A stretch of DNA of 64,000 nucleotides from Balamuthia mandrillaris (GCA_031835245.2 JAVKOQ020000015.1:1-64000), one strand, 5' to 3'; shown: positions 38,101 to 50,850, counted from the first letter of the stretch. Numbers and translations: made by a program. The notes: generated by a model not told the origin, from the letters alone.

Positions 38101-41100
38101 CTACAAGAGCGCCGAGGAGGATGAAGCAGGAGGCAGAAGAAGATGAGCCAAGTAGCCCACTCTTTCTCTTCCGCCCATCAGGTAGAGAAAACCAGCCTCA
38201 TCAAAGTAGAACATCTGCTCAAAGATGAACAGCAGGTTATCCTTCAACAAACGTGCCGTGAGCAACTTATCCTCTCCTTTGGGGCAGTGCGCCAACGTCA
38301 ACCCGACATGCCACCGCTGTAGAGCGGGATGCCATCCTCTGGTCTCGTAACACGGCAGATGGAACGGCACGTATCCTCTGCTGCCTCGTTCTTCTGCCCC
38401 GTGCGATGAAGGATATTCCCGGTGTTGTGGTTCTGCCATTTGTTCATGTGGATGTTGGTGTGGTGTTACTGCCCAAGTCCTACTTGTTGCTCTCTTTCGT
38501 CTTTGTTGTTGTGTTTCGTCTGTGTTGCTTGTGGTGCTAGTGTTGTGTGATGCTGTTGACCCGGTGTTGATAATGTCTCTATCAAGCCAATGCTGTGCCC
38601 TTGAGTGCAAAAACTGCACCAGGTAAACGCTCCACTCTCCCTCTGGAGGGCGTCGTCCTGATGCTGTTAGGTCTCCTCCTTCTCTTCGCTTGGCCGAACT
38701 TCCCAGCGATAGTGCTGATATCCGAACGTGCTTCCCACCACCAGCTGCTTTGTCACCTTGTCCCGCTCCTTCTTCTTTTGTTCCTTTGTCATTTTCTTTC
38801 TCCTTTTTGTCCTCCTTATTTCCTGGTGTTACATCTCCATCTGTTTCTTTATGTTCTGCACTGCTGTTGTTGTTTGTGCCGGTTAACAGTGGTGGCCGTT
38901 CCCTCCATTTCCGCTCTACCTCTCTCAACTTTTTCCACAACATGTCTTCCTCCTCTGCTTCGTTTTCCTCCATCGATAAATAGGTCTGCCAGTCTTCTCC
39001 TGACGATCCTGCAGAGACGGAGTGTTGAGGAATTGCAAGCCGATGGCGACTGCTCGCCATGATCAAGCTCTTCTTGTGGATGACCGCCAAGACGCTCTCT
39101 CCTTTCCCCAACCACTGCCGTATCCTATCCACGTTCGTACTGTGGTTGTTGCTTCGCTCCTCTGCTTGTTGGACGGTGATAGGAAGTGGAGGCAACATGC
39201 TGCTCTCTCTGAGCAACAGTTTCTCTTTGGCCGGAAACCATCCTTGAAAAGTGTGTGTCTGGTCTCTACCGTCTTTGACCTGGAGGAGCTGTTCTTCCGA
39301 CGCACCTTCGTCTTTCTCCTGCGTTGTGGCCTTTTCTATCTCTGACAATCGTTCTCGCCACCATTGCATCCATTGTGGTGGTTTGTTCTTCTCCTCCTTC
39401 GATGATTTCAAGGATGATGCTCTGCTGTCTTTGTGTCGAGCAAATGGAGAGTACGGTATTGTACCCTCGTCTCCATCAGGAGATGAAGAAGGGCTATGGT
39501 GATAATAATCTCCCCTTGCGGAAATGCTTCCTCGCAAGAGAAACGACAAGCCATGTTGTGGTTGTTGGTTGGTTGCACCTCCCAAGTCGTCTCCTGGTTC
39601 TTTCATCCATTTGCGAAATCCTTTTAGCAAGCTGATGTTGTAGCTTCCTTTCCGCACGATACCAGGTTCCCTCTTGTCTTTCTCCTTTTCTTTCTCTTTC
39701 TTTCCACCAAAACTGTCCGTTATCACAAAAGCTGGTCGAGTGCTGTGAGTGTTACTTGCGTCGCTTGGAGAACGATCGCCATCTTCAGAGTTGGCAACGG
39801 CTGAACCTCCTCCCCATGCTTCAACGGCTTGTCTTACTTTCTCAGCCACGTCCGCCTCCTTCAACTGTTTCTTTGGCTCTTTCTCTTCATCGTCGTTGAC
39901 ACCAGTCAACGCAGAGAAGACTCCCGCTCGTCTACGTTCAGGGTCCAGCACCCTTCGTTTTCTCTCGACCGCTTTCGCTAAAATGCTTCCTTCTGTGAAG
40001 GTCCGTTGCGCATCTCCTGTGGCATACAGTTTGTAGGTGTCTTCATCCGAAAGGACCCAACCCTCATCTTCCTTGTCTTCCAGGGCGTTCGGGGAGGTCT
40101 TTGTCAGTTCTGCAAGCTTGTGAGTTGTTGACGGACTCACTGTAGAGGAAGTAGAGGAGGAAGGCGCAAGAGCATCCCAGCCATCGAAAAAGTCATCATC
40201 CAGATCGTTCCAGCCCTCAGCCTCCTTCTTATTGTGTTCCTTACCCTCTTTTGCAGTTTTCTGGCCGCTGTTGTTATCCTTGTTGTGCTCCTTCTTCTCT
40301 TCTTTCTTTTTGCGAAAACTGTTTCCTCTGCTTTGTTGCAACCGTTTGACTCTTTGACTGAGTTCCAGCCATTCGGCCACATCGTCTTTGTTCATCGTGA
40401 CCTCTTTTCCTTCTCCATCTACTTCTTCCACCTTTGCCAACCTCCATTTGTCTCCCCAAACCGCAATATCAGCGCTGGCTGTTTTCTCCTTGTCTTTTTC
40501 TTTCTTCTTGCTGCTGCCTTTGCGATGTTTGGCGCCACTTGCTCCCGAAGGAAGTGAACTGCCGGAGCTGCTATCGTTGTTGCTCGAAGTTCGAGCTCTT
40601 CTTCGAGTAGTGGTGCTGGTGCTGCTGCTCCTCAGCCGCCGCTGAAGGTTTTGTTTGTCTTCTCCAGAAGAACTACTCCCTTTCGCTGTTTCTTCCTTTT
40701 CGTTATCTTTTCTCCTACCGCTTCGCTTCAAGTTAAGGGGTTGCTCTTGTGTTGCCGGTGTATTGGCGAGTTGAGAGTTGAGCGTTGTTGGCTTTGTTGG
40801 GGTCTCTGCAAGCGTTGGAGGGACCCCTACGCTAAGCGTTCTGCTATGTCGCTTGCTGCTGCTGTGACTCCTTCGATGGGACGCCGGGCTGTTGCTGTCC
40901 GTTCGAGAACGGCGGCGTGCACTCCGCTCACTTACATCTTTGGATTCGCCCTCTTTATCTGACCCTTCGTTGGAGTGGGTCTGTGAGTGGTGAGAACGTT
41001 GAGGGTGAAGGCGAGAATAGGAAGCTTGGCGACGATGTTTCTTGTGTGGGTCTTTGAGGTGTTCTCCTTCACGGTTTTTGCCCTTGTGGCTCCTCTTCTC

Positions 41101-41922
41101 GTGCGGTGACTCCACCACAATTCCAGCCCGTTCTTTGGCAAGAAGCGCAGCAGTTTGTTCTCCATCATCGAGCTCAACGGCACCTTCCACAACTTCTTCG
41201 TTGGTAGTTTGGTCAGGTTTAGCCTTCCGAACTTGGTGACAATGTCCCGAGTTGTCGTTTACGAATGTAGAGGTAGAAGGTGAAGGAGCATCTTCAGGAC
41301 CGTTATTTCCCTCTTCTTTTCCCAAGTGCAGCAAGACAATAGGCAACAAATCCTCTTCCTGCGTTTTACTTCGTTCCTTTCCTGTGACCTTCGTTAGGCT
41401 CTGGTGGTTCTCGTGGTTATTTTTCAGGCCTAATGGAGGGGGCCTTGGTTTAGAATAGGGGTTGGGGGAAGCTCGGGAGTTGGAAAGCGACGACGAGAAA
41501 GAAGAGCAGGCAAAGGCCGGTATTGTGGGCACAGAGGAGGAAGAGGCGGTCACCGGCACCCCACCCTCGCTCTGCGTGCGTCTAAACTTGGCTTGTTTCT
41601 CTTTGGCCACGGTTAACTCTCTCAACTGCTCCTCCGCCACCCGTTTAAAGAAGGTAAGGTTCCGGAAGAAACGTCTCTTGCGCCCTTCCTCCAGATCTCG
41701 GTCCGAAGGCAGGAGAACTCTGGTGATGGTGGTAGAAGGGGAGCTGCCCTCGATTCCATAGTCCAGTTGAATGTCCACCACGTCTCGGAACCGAAGCCGA
41801 CCTTCCGCAGATCCTTGTTTATGCGTGCGTTTGTTTGAAATCATTGGGGAGGAGGAAGCGCCTGGATCCCCGCTTTCCTCAGAGCCCATTATTTCCTTTG
41901 AGAGAGCATCTGGACTATTCAT
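38101..41922 (-). CDS. Large intronless hypothetical protein (1273 aa, mostly low complexity)
   Basis: Uninterrupted 3.8-kb ORF with an ATG start; divergent from COPA. Confidence 0.75.
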   Translation of the reverse strand: MNSPDALSKEIMGSEESGDPGASSSPMISNKRTHKQGSAEGRLRFRDVVDIQLDYGIEGSSPSTTITRVLLPSDRDLEEGRKRRFFRNLTFFKRVAEEQLRELTVAKEKQAKFRRTQSEGGVPVTASSSSVPTIPAFACSSFSSSLSNSRASPNPYSKPRPPPLGLKNNHENHQSLTKVTGKERSKTQEEDLLPIVLLHLGKEEGNNGPEDAPSPSTSTFVNDNSGHCHQVRKAKPDQTTNEEVVEGAVELDDGEQTAALLAKERAGIVVESPHEKRSHKGKNREGEHLKDPHKKHRRQASYSRLHPQRSHHSQTHSNEGSDKEGESKDVSERSARRRSRTDSNSPASHRRSHSSSKRHSRTLSVGVPPTLAETPTKPTTLNSQLANTPATQEQPLNLKRSGRRKDNEKEETAKGSSSSGEDKQNLQRRLRSSSTSTTTRRRARTSSNNDSSSGSSLPSGASGAKHRKGSSKKKEKDKEKTASADIAVWGDKWRLAKVEEVDGEGKEVTMNKDDVAEWLELSQRVKRLQQSRGNSFRKKKEEKKEHNKDNNSGQKTAKEGKEHNKKEAEGWNDLDDDFFDGWDALAPSSSTSSTVSPSTTHKLAELTKTSPNALEDKEDEGWVLSDEDTYKLYATGDAQRTFTEGSILAKAVERKRRVLDPERRRAGVFSALTGVNDDEEKEPKKQLKEADVAEKVRQAVEAWGGGSAVANSEDGDRSPSDASNTHSTRPAFVITDSFGGKKEKEKEKDKREPGIVRKGSYNISLLKGFRKWMKEPGDDLGGATNQQPQHGLSFLLRGSISARGDYYHHSPSSSPDGDEGTIPYSPFARHKDSRASSLKSSKEEKNKPPQWMQWWRERLSEIEKATTQEKDEGASEEQLLQVKDGRDQTHTFQGWFPAKEKLLLRESSMLPPLPITVQQAEERSNNHSTNVDRIRQWLGKGESVLAVIHKKSLIMASSRHRLAIPQHSVSAGSSGEDWQTYLSMEENEAEEEDMLWKKLREVERKWRERPPLLTGTNNNSSAEHKETDGDVTPGNKEDKKEKENDKGTKEEGAGQGDKAAGGGKHVRISALSLGSSAKRREGGDLTASGRRPPEGEWSVYLVQFLHSRAQHWLDRDIINTGSTASHNTSTTSNTDETQQQRRKRATSRTWAVTPHQHPHEQMAEPQHREYPSSHGAEERGSRGYVPFHLPCYETRGWHPALQRWHVGLTLAHCPKGEDKLLTARLLKDNLLFIFEQMFYFDEAGFLYLMGGRERVGYLAHLLLPPASSSSALL

Positions 41923-42519
41923 TTCTTTGTTCTACCAAGGTGAAATGTCCAAGCAAAGAAGGGAAAGCCCTTCTTCCTCCTCTAAGCGCCGTTCACCGAG
42001 AAGCTATGAATATCGCCCCCGCTGCGTGCGCGGGAGGGGGTGGAGTTCAACGATAACTTAACGCGGAGAAAACGCTGAAAGATACGTTAGATATATAGTG
42101 GGGCACGCGGTGTGCCGATTCGCCTTTCTTTTGAAAAAGGCCAAACTTACCAAATTTAGAAGTAATGTTTTCAAATATCTGAAAAACGATTGGTTGGAAT
42201 TTGGTATTCTTTTTTTTTTTGGCCTCAACTTGTGAAACACTTGACGAGGGCATGAGTCGACGTGTCCATTTGGTCCGAATAAGGAATTTGTCGACAAATA
42301 TGACCAAAAAAGGAAGGGCCGAGCAAAAAAAAGAGAAACCACAAAAAAAAAAGAAAAACAAAATTTTTTTTGGGGGGAAAGAAAGGGGGCCAAGCGAGAG
42401 CGAGACAAGGCTTTGCAACCACACAGAGAGAGCCTCCATCTCGCACACCTTTTTTTTTGGGGAGCTCACGATTTAGTTCTGCCAAACTTTGCTTGAGATC
42501 GCAACAAAACAATTGGAGG

Positions 42520-44007
42520 ATGTTGACCAAACTGGAGACAAAAAGCAATCGAGTGAAAGGATTGGCGTTTCATCCCAAGCGCCCTTGGATCCTTGCCAGC
42601 TTGCACAACGGCCTCATTCAACTTTGGTGAGTAGCCTCACAACCAACTTGATTTCACACTGTCTTTTTTGTCATTCCTTCATCTCTTCTCTTTTTACTTT
42701 CTCTCTCTCTCTCTCTCCCCCTTCCTCTCTCTCTCCCTCTCGTCTCTCTCTCCCGTCTTTCTCTTCTGTCTCATCTCTTCTCATTTTTACTCGTTCACTG
42801 TCTTCTCCTTTGATGCTGATCATCTCCTTGCTTTTTTGCTGAACCAATCATGAAAACAACAACAGGGACTACCAGATTCGGACACTGCTGGAGCGCTTCG
42901 ACGAGCACGACGGCCCCGTTCGTGGCATAGCCTTCCACCACAGCCAGCCCCTCTTCGTCTCTGGCGGTGACGACTACAAGATCAAAGTATGGAACTACAA
43001 GCTGCGCCGCTGCCTGTTCACCCTGCTGGGCCACCTGGACTACATACGGACGGTGGAGTTCCACCACACCTATCCTTGGATACTGAGTGCCTCCGACGAC
43101 CAAACCATCCGCATATGGAACTGGCAGTCGAGGACGTGCATCGCGGTGCTCACTGGCCACAACCATTATGTCATGTGCGCTCAGTTCCACCCGAAGGAGG
43201 ATTTGGTGGTGTCGGCCTCCCTTGATCAGACGGTGCGAGTGTGGGACCTCTCTGGTCTGCGCAACAAGACCGTCTCTGCGGCGCCCCACTCCCCTGCCAT
43301 GGGAGGCGGGGATGACAGCCTGAGGCTGGGACAGAACGACCTCTTTGGCAACCCTAGCGTGGTTGTTAAGTACGTGCTCGAGGGACACGACAGAGGCGTC
43401 AATTGGGCTGCCTTCCATCCTTCCCTCCCTCTCATTGTGTCTGGAGCGGACGACCGTTACGTCAAGCTCTGGCGCTACAACGACACCAAGGCCTGGGAAG
43501 TCGACACGCTTCGTGCTCACTACAACAACGTTTCCTGCGTGCTCTTCCACCCTCACCAGGAGCTCATTCTGAGTAACTCTGAGGATAAGACCATCCGTGT
43601 CTGGGATATGTCCAAACGCACTGCCATTCAGAGCTTCCGCAGAGAGCACGATCGCTTTTGGATCATGGCTGCGCATCCTGAGAAGAATCTTTTCGCTGCG
43701 GGTATGTTATTTTTGTCTATTTTTCTTATCCCTTTCTCTTTTAACTTAGTTGCTAAAAATAACATGAAATAAAATAGGACACGATAGTGGTCTTTTGGTA
43801 TTCAAGTTGGAGAGAGAGCGCCCAGCCTACGATGTGCACAAGGGAGTATTATACTACGTCAAAGACCGCTATTTGAGGACTTATGAATGCAGCAGCACCC
43901 GCGATGTGCCTGTACTTGCTATTCGTCGTAACAGCACAAAACCTCCTATCTCCCTTTCATACAACCCCGCCGAAAAGGCAGTTCTTATTTGCTCCGTACG
44001 CGTTCCT

Positions 44008-44062
<55 letters not shown>

Positions 44063-47046
44063 CTAGAATGTCCCTCATTATCTTTCGGTAGGATGTGGAG
44101 GGAGGTTATTATGAGCTATACAAGGTTCCTGCTGATGGCAAAAGCAATGACTCAGTAACGCCCAAGAAGGGCTCCGGTTTGTGTGCTGTATTTGTGAAGC
44201 GCAACCGTTTCGCCGTATTGGATACTAAAACTCAAATGGTTACTCGTCGTTCTCTATCTCTCATTATCCACTCTTTTCTGATTCGAAAAAAAAAACAAAA
44301 ACAGATATGGGTCAAAAACTTGAATGGAGATGCCACCAAACAAATCCCATGCCCAGTTCACACAGATTATATCTTCACCGCAGGTTTGGGTTGTGTGCTC
44401 CTTCGCTCGGATGACAGGATGGTACTCTTTGATTTGCAACAGCGCAGAAAGTTGGGAGAAATCCCCACCTCTACCTCCATCAAATATGTGGTTTGGTCTG
44501 AAGATACTCGTAATCCTAGCGTTGCCCTCCTCAGCAAAGACAGTACGCCTCTCTCCCTCCCTCCCCTCGCTGCCTGTTCTCTTTTGGGTGGCTAACTAAG
44601 TGTTGGTACAGCGGTGATACTGGCTGATCGAAAACTGGGACAACTATGTACCATCAGCGAGACAATTCGTGTTAAGAGCGGTGCCTGGGATGAGAACGGA
44701 GTGTTTATCTACACTACTCTTAACCATATCAAATATTGCCTACGCAACGGGTACTTTATCCCCTCTTTATCTTTTTTTTTTAAAAAAATCTTTTCCCTTC
44801 TCTGTCTTACGGTTCCTTTGGCACCAAATAACACAGTGACCATGGCATCATTCGCACTTTAGAGGCGCCAGTCTACATAACAGCAGTACGCCGCAATAAA
44901 GTCTATTGCTTGGATAGGGAAGGCCGTAACAGGGTAATCATCGTGGATAATACTGAGTACATGTTCAAGCTGGCCCTCATGCAACGCAAGTACGGAGAGG
45001 TGCTCAACATGGTGCGCCCTGGGCAGAATAATCTTGTCGGTCAGTCCATCATCGCCTACCTCCAACAAAAGGGCTTCCCTGAGGTAGCCCTCCATTTTGT
45101 CAAGGACGAGAAGACCAAGTTCAACTTGGCACTAGAGTGTGGCAAGATTGACGTGGCCACCACCTGTGCCAGAGCCCTGGATGACAAGGAGAGCTGGCAT
45201 CGCTTGGGGGCGGAGGCCTTGAGGCAAGGCAACCATCAGGTCGTGGAGATTGCCTACCAGAGGACCAAGAACTTTGACCGCCTCTCCTTTTTGTATCTGA
45301 TCACGGGCAACACGGAGAGACTGGGCAAGATGTTGAAGATTGCAGAGATGCGTCAGGACACCATGTCTAGGTTCCATAATGCTCTTTATCTTGGCGACGT
45401 TGCCGAACGTGTTCGCATTCTTGAAGAAGCTAATCAACGTAAGTGAGCCTCTTACTTCTCGCTTCTTGCTCTTTTCTCTTCTCTCAACATTATCCTGCAT
45501 AAACAGTTTCCTTCGCCTATATCACTGCCGCGACACACAACTTGACCGACCAAATGGAGAGCCTCGCACAGAAGCTGGGCGGCAACCTCCCTGAAGTTCC
45601 CGACAGCAGCGAAACGCGGCTGCTGCAACCTCCCATCCCCATCATGCGCAACGAGACCAACTGGCCCCTCCTTACCGTCTCTCCCGGCTACTTCGACAAC
45701 CTGGAAGACCACGCCGCTAAGTTTGGCGGCGAGGCCATCTCAGCTGCCGAAGACGTGGATGCTGCCGGTTGGGATGAGGATGCAGGTTCTTCCTCTGCTC
45801 TTGCTGCTGGCGCTGATGATGGCGATACAGCGGGTTGGGGAGACGACGAGGACGTTCTCGGTGAGGGAGAAGGAAGCAAAGCGGCTGCCGCAGGCGAAGA
45901 AGAAGAAGGCGGCGGTTGGGGAGACGACGAAGAGCTCGCCGGCTTGGACGAGGTGGAAGCCTCCTCTGCCTCCTCCAAAGATGCCTTCTTCGTGGTGCCC
46001 CGCCACGGCCCCTCCGCCAGAGAGACTTGGATCAAGAGCTCAAAGCTGGCAGCCGACCATGCCGCCGCTGGCTCCTTTGAGACCGCCATGGAGCTGCTCA
46101 ACCAGCAGGCCGGCATCGTCAATTTTGAGCCGCTGAGACCCTTCTTTATGACCCTTGCCACGGCCGCCTTCTCATCCTTCTCTGCTGTCTCCTCCACTCC
46201 TTCTTTGCTCTCTCCTATTCACCGCAACTGGAACACCGGTGCCAACCTGCAAAAGGACGGCCAGCCAGTGCTCTGCTTAAAGCTGCAGCAGCTAATTGAC
46301 CGATTGAAGGTGGCGTATACGGCCACCACCAAGGGACAGTTTGGTGAGGCTCTCGCTCATTTCCAGTACATCATGCATGCCCTTCTCTTTGTAGTCGTTG
46401 ATTCCAGACAAGCTCAAAACGAGGTTTCTTTCTTTCTGCTTGTTTTCCTTCTCCTCCTCTTTCCACTTCCTGTCCAATCATCTCACAAAAGAAAAACTGA
46501 AACATTGGGCAACAGGTAAAAGAGTTGTTGGAATTGTGTAAAGAATACGCGACTGGTCTTCGCATAGAACTCTCCAAGAAAGACTTGCCACAAGGAGCCT
46601 CCTCCGCCGTTCGTCAACTGGAACTGGCCGCCTACTTCACCACCTGCAAGCTGCAACCCATTCATCGCATGTTGACCCTGCGCGCCGCCATGAAGGCCGC
46701 TCACCGCGTGAAGAACTATGCTACGGCCGCCTCCTTTGCTCGTCGCCTGTTGGAGCTGAACCCAAAGCCGGAGATCGCGAACGAGGCTAGAAAGGTCGTT
46801 AAGTTTGCGGAGAGCAATCCCAACGACGAGCATCAGATCGACTATGATGAGAGGAATCCCTTCGTGGTGTGCAGCAGGACATTCACCCCTATTTACAAGA
46901 ACAAGCCCACCGTCTTTTGCCCCTATTGTAATGCGGCGTACGTTCCTTCGGAGGCGGGCAAGTTGTGTCTCACGTGCAATGTGGCCGAGATTGGCAAACA
47001 GGCCACTGGTCATAAGGTCCTTGCTGTTGGAGGCAACCGTGATTAG
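42520..47046 (+). CDS. COPA: Coatomer subunit alpha
   Basis: [33 protein letters not shown]40 repeats, [26 protein letters not shown] and YDERNPF. Confidence 0.98.
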
Positions 47047-47309
47047 AGTTACCTCTCCTTTCGTTCTTGTTGTTGTCCTCTTTTTTATTATTTTTATTTT
47101 GCAATGCTCCACCACTTGTGTTATTTCTTCTTTGTCGTTGTTTGCTGTCGTTCATAAGTTTCAAAACCTCATCTGCCCCCATTCTTCTCTCTCTTCTCTC
47201 TCTCTCTCTCTCCCCCCCCTCCCCTTCTCTCTTACTCCCTCTCTGGAAAGGAATTGACAACTTCACTCAACTCATGTGGGGTGACCGCAAGTTGAAGGCG
47301 AAAAATGCT

Positions 47310-49169
47310 TTATTGCAAGGAAACTTCCAGCAAGGGGCTGTGGAAGCAGCGCTGGCTGCAACACAACAACTCCCACCACACTTTTCTTTCCTCATCCCAA
47401 AACCTTCTCACCACTTCCCTTGCTTCCCCTTTCTCTTCTCTTCCCTCCTCCGCCTCTTCTGCTGCTGCTGCTTGTGTTGATCTCTGACCTCTGTTGGGCA
47501 GGTCCTCCTCCAATGATCTGCCCTCTTCATCGTCAAACTCCAAAAACAGCTGTTCACAAACATCACATCTTCTTTGCAACCTTTCCAGCCGTTCCTTCAC
47601 TTCTTCGGGCAGCACCACTGCTCCACCCTCCACACTTTCTTTCTCTTCTCTTTGGTCTTCCTTCCTCCCTTTCTTTTGCTGATTTTGCAGAGAAGAAGAA
47701 GCAGCAGCACAAGAAGATGAAGTAGAACCAAGCCAAGCAAAGGGAAGGTCTGGCACAAGGGCCAACAGGCCTGTGGGCAAAAGCTTGTTCCTCAGCACTA
47801 CCTCTCCGCTCAAATGCCACAAACTTTTCACTGTGGTGTGGTTGTTCCTGAGCGGGGATTCCTTGGGCTTCCCTCTCTTCCCCTCCTCTTGCTCTTCATT
47901 CTTCTCCGCTTGTTTAAGCTGTGCTTCTTGCTGGTGAAGAAGTTGAGAGGAGTGCGTTTGCATGCATGGGAGAAGACCGATTGCAGAGAAGGGCAGTGCT
48001 GCCAATGGATTTTCCTCCAGGTTGCAGTAAGTGAGAGCGGTGAGTTGGCTAAACTCTCTCGGCAAAGAGCTCAGCTGGGTGCTGCACAGCCAGCAGTGGG
48101 TGAGGGCAGTGAGCTGGCCAAACTCTCTCGGCAAGGAGCTCAGCTGGTTGTATGAGAGGTTGCAGTCAGTGAGAGCGGAGAGCTGGCCAAACTCGCTCGG
48201 CAAGGAGCTCAGCTGGTTGTTGGAGAGACAGCAGAAAGTGAGAGCACGAAGCTGGCCAAACTCTCTCGGCAAGGAGCTCAGCTGGTTGTCGGAGAGGTCG
48301 CAGCAAGTGAGAGCGGAGAGCTGGCCAAACTCTCTCGGCAAGGAGCTCAGCTCGTTGTTGGAGAGGTCGCAGTGGGTGAGAGCGGTGAGTTGGCTAAACT
48401 CTCTCGGCAAGGAGCTCAGCTGGTTGCTGCACAGCCAGCAGTGGGTGAGAGCACGGAGCTGGCCAAACTCTCTCGGCAAGGACGTCAGCTGGTTGTATGA
48501 GAGGTGGCAGCAAGTGAGAGCGGAGAGCTGGCCAAACTCTCCCGGCAAGGCGCTCAGCTGGTTGTCGGACAGGTTGCAGCAAGTGAGAGCGGAGAGCTGG
48601 CCAAACTCTCTCGGCAAGGCGCTCAGCTCGTTGTTGGCGAGGTTGCAGTCGGTAAGAGCACGGAGTTGGTCAAACGTTCTTGGCAAGGAAGTCAGCCTGT
48701 TGTTGGAGAGGTCGCAGTGAGTGAGAGCGGATAGCTGGCCAAACTCTCTCGGCAAGGAGCTCAGCTGGTTGTTGGAGAGGTCAGAGACAGTGAGAGCGGA
48801 GAGCTGGCCAAACTCGCTCGGCAAGGAGGTCAGCTGGTTGTTGGAGAGGTAGCTGCAAGTGAGAGCGGAGAGCTGGCCAAACTCTCTCGGCAAGGAGCTC
48901 AGCTGGTTGTTGGCGAGGTCGCAGCAAGTGAGAGCGGAGAGCTGACCAAACTCGCTCGGCAAGGAGCTCAGCTCGTTGCCCATGAGGTTAAATACAGTGA
49001 GAGCGGTGAGCTGACCAACCTCTCTCGGCAAGGAGGTCAGGTAGCTCTGGGAGAGGTCGCAGGTGGTCGAGTGTGCGAAGCGGTGGAACATGGCGGAAGG
49101 GTAGGGAAGGCCTTCCTCCTCCTCCTCCTCCTCCTTCTCCCATCGTGGTCTTCTTTCCGTTTCTTCCAT
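47310..49169 (-). CDS. Leucine-rich repeat protein (~15 x 23-aa LRRs) with a C-terminal BC-box-like motif and a Cys-rich motif
   Basis: LSSLPREFGQLSALTxCxLxxNQ repeats, then VKSLWHLS and CDVC...LCCSQRC. Intronless. Confidence 0.9.
   Translation of the reverse strand: MEETERRPRWEKEEEEEEEGLPYPSAMFHRFAHSTTCDLSQSYLTSLPREVGQLTALTVFNLMGNELSSLPSEFGQLSALTCCDLANNQLSSLPREFGQLSALTCSYLSNNQLTSLPSEFGQLSALTVSDLSNNQLSSLPREFGQLSALTHCDLSNNRLTSLPRTFDQLRALTDCNLANNELSALPREFGQLSALTCCNLSDNQLSALPGEFGQLSALTCCHLSYNQLTSLPREFGQLRALTHCWLCSNQLSSLPREFSQLTALTHCDLSNNELSSLPREFGQLSALTCCDLSDNQLSSLPREFGQLRALTFCCLSNNQLSSLPSEFGQLSALTDCNLSYNQLSSLPREFGQLTALTHCWLCSTQLSSLPREFSQLTALTYCNLEENPLAALPFSAIGLLPCMQTHSSQLLHQQEAQLKQAEKNEEQEEGKRGKPKESPLRNNHTTVKSLWHLSGEVVLRNKLLPTGLLALVPDLPFAWLGSTSSSCAAASSSLQNQQKKGRKEDQREEKESVEGGAVVLPEEVKERLERLQRRCDVCEQLFLEFDDEEGRSLEEDLPNRGQRSTQAAAAEEAEEGREEKGEAREVVRRFWDEERKVWWELLCCSQRCFHSPLLEVSLQ
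48010..49065 (-). repeat. 69-bp coding tandem repeat array
   Basis: Near-identical DNA units (gagctggccaaactctctcggcaaggagctcagc...). Confidence 0.92.
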
Positions 49170-49696
49170 GCGTCCCCTTGAAAGTGGGCGCAGGACTAAA
49201 GCGGCTCAATGCTTTGATCGGTTACTGAAAGTTTCAAACCACCAATCAAAAATCAAAACAGGAGGCTTATTGTATATATTATTTCAATATGAGGAGTCAC
49301 AGACATAAGTTTGAGGAGGCAGGTATTCGGTCGCACTGAGACAAAGGGGGCGTGACGTGTGTTCCTGATTTTGTCTGCCTCATGACTTGCCGCAAGTTCG
49401 ACGCCAGGTGTTCGCGTTTTTTTTTTGGGTGACGATATGAGTTAGAAGATAATAATCGTGTCGTCATGGAAGAGAGAAAAGTAGCGTTGCACCAGGAGGA
49501 GAGGAGGTAACCCCACACACAAAGGAGTCCCTCTTGAGCGTGTGTGCAGCATCAGATTCACTCTTTGCTTTATTTATTTATTTATTTGGCTGGTTTGTTA
49601 TTGCTTCTCAGTCTCTTCTCTCTGCTTTCGTTTGCTGTCCATCCTTATCCGCTTCATCTTTGGCTCTGCAGATCCACACCATCGACAACCATAACG

Positions 49697-50510
49697 ATGT
49701 CGCAGACCACCACCACCACAACACAACCAACGCAGGAACAACAGCAACCACAACTTAGAAAGCCAGTCTGTATCCTTTTTCTAAACTGCTGCTTTTCCCT
49801 TTGAAGCTATTTTTTCGCCCCACAATCGATAGTTGTTTTTTCTTTCTACTTCTTCTTTCCTTTCTCTCTCTCTCCCTGTTCAAGTTTCAAAGGTGGAAAG
49901 TCTGCAGCCAGATTCGATCGGACACAACTTGGTCCTCAAGGTGGTCAGCTGTAACGTTGTTGTGGAGAAGGTTCGCACTGATGGCACCAAAATTCGGATC
50001 GCAGAGGCCAAAGTTGGCGACGAGACCGGCTGTATCACTCTCACTGCTCGAAACAGTACTACACCACTCCTCTCTGCTCTCTCTCCTCTCCACGTCTTCT
50101 TTCTTCTGGCAATTCTGTTCCGCTCTTCTCTATTCTCTCGTTCTGCTCCCTGCTTTCTCTCCTCTTGCATTTTCATTTCTTTCTTCATGTCGCTTCTTTC
50201 CTCTTCTTCTGGTTCTGGTTGTTCATTCACCACTTGTTCTTGTTCTTCTTCTTCTCCCTTCCTTCTTTCTTCTCCATCTGACGGTAATGTCCTCCTCCAA
50301 CAAGACCAAATAGAGGTGGTGCAACCAGGACGAACCATCATTGTGCGCAACAGCAGGATAGACATGTTCAGGGGTGGCTTCATGAGATTGGCCGTGGACA
50401 AATGGGGCAAACTGGAGGCCGCCGAGCAACCCGCTCCTTTCGAAGTCAACACAGACAAAGACCTTTCCGGCATCGAATACGAGCTCGTTGATGACCACCT
50501 CCCTCACTAA
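49697..50510 (+). CDS. Small OB-fold nucleic-acid-binding protein (At4g28440-like)
   Basis: LRKP..KVESLQP..GHNL.LKVV, IAEAKVGDETGCI, RNSRIDMF..FMRLAVDKWG, LSGIEYELV. Two introns. Confidence 0.85.
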
Positions 50511-50547
50511 ACACTTTTCTTTTTTTCCTTCGCGTCAGGAAAGACCC

Positions 50548-50584
<37 letters not shown>

Positions 50585-50850
50585 AGAGAGAGAGAAACGA
50601 GAGGGAGAGACTTGCCAGGGAAGAAGGAAAGGAGGGCGGGGGAGAGAGGAGACGAAGGGATTTGTTTTTTTTTTTTTTTTTTTTGAAGGAAAGAGGGACC
50701 AAGACCGTTTGGAGGAAAAAGAACGCTTAACCACGAGAAGGGCTCATCGTGGAGAAAACGTTTGCTCTGTCCTCGTTTTGTTCTTTGATTTTTTTCTTGC
50801 TGCTACTAAAGTCTCTTTGCTGCTTGCTGCTGAAGGGTCACAATTTGTCT

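Noticed and set aside
48010..49065. CRISPR-like repeat array
   Set aside because: The units are contiguous in-frame LRR coding repeats with no unique spacers, in a eukaryotic context.
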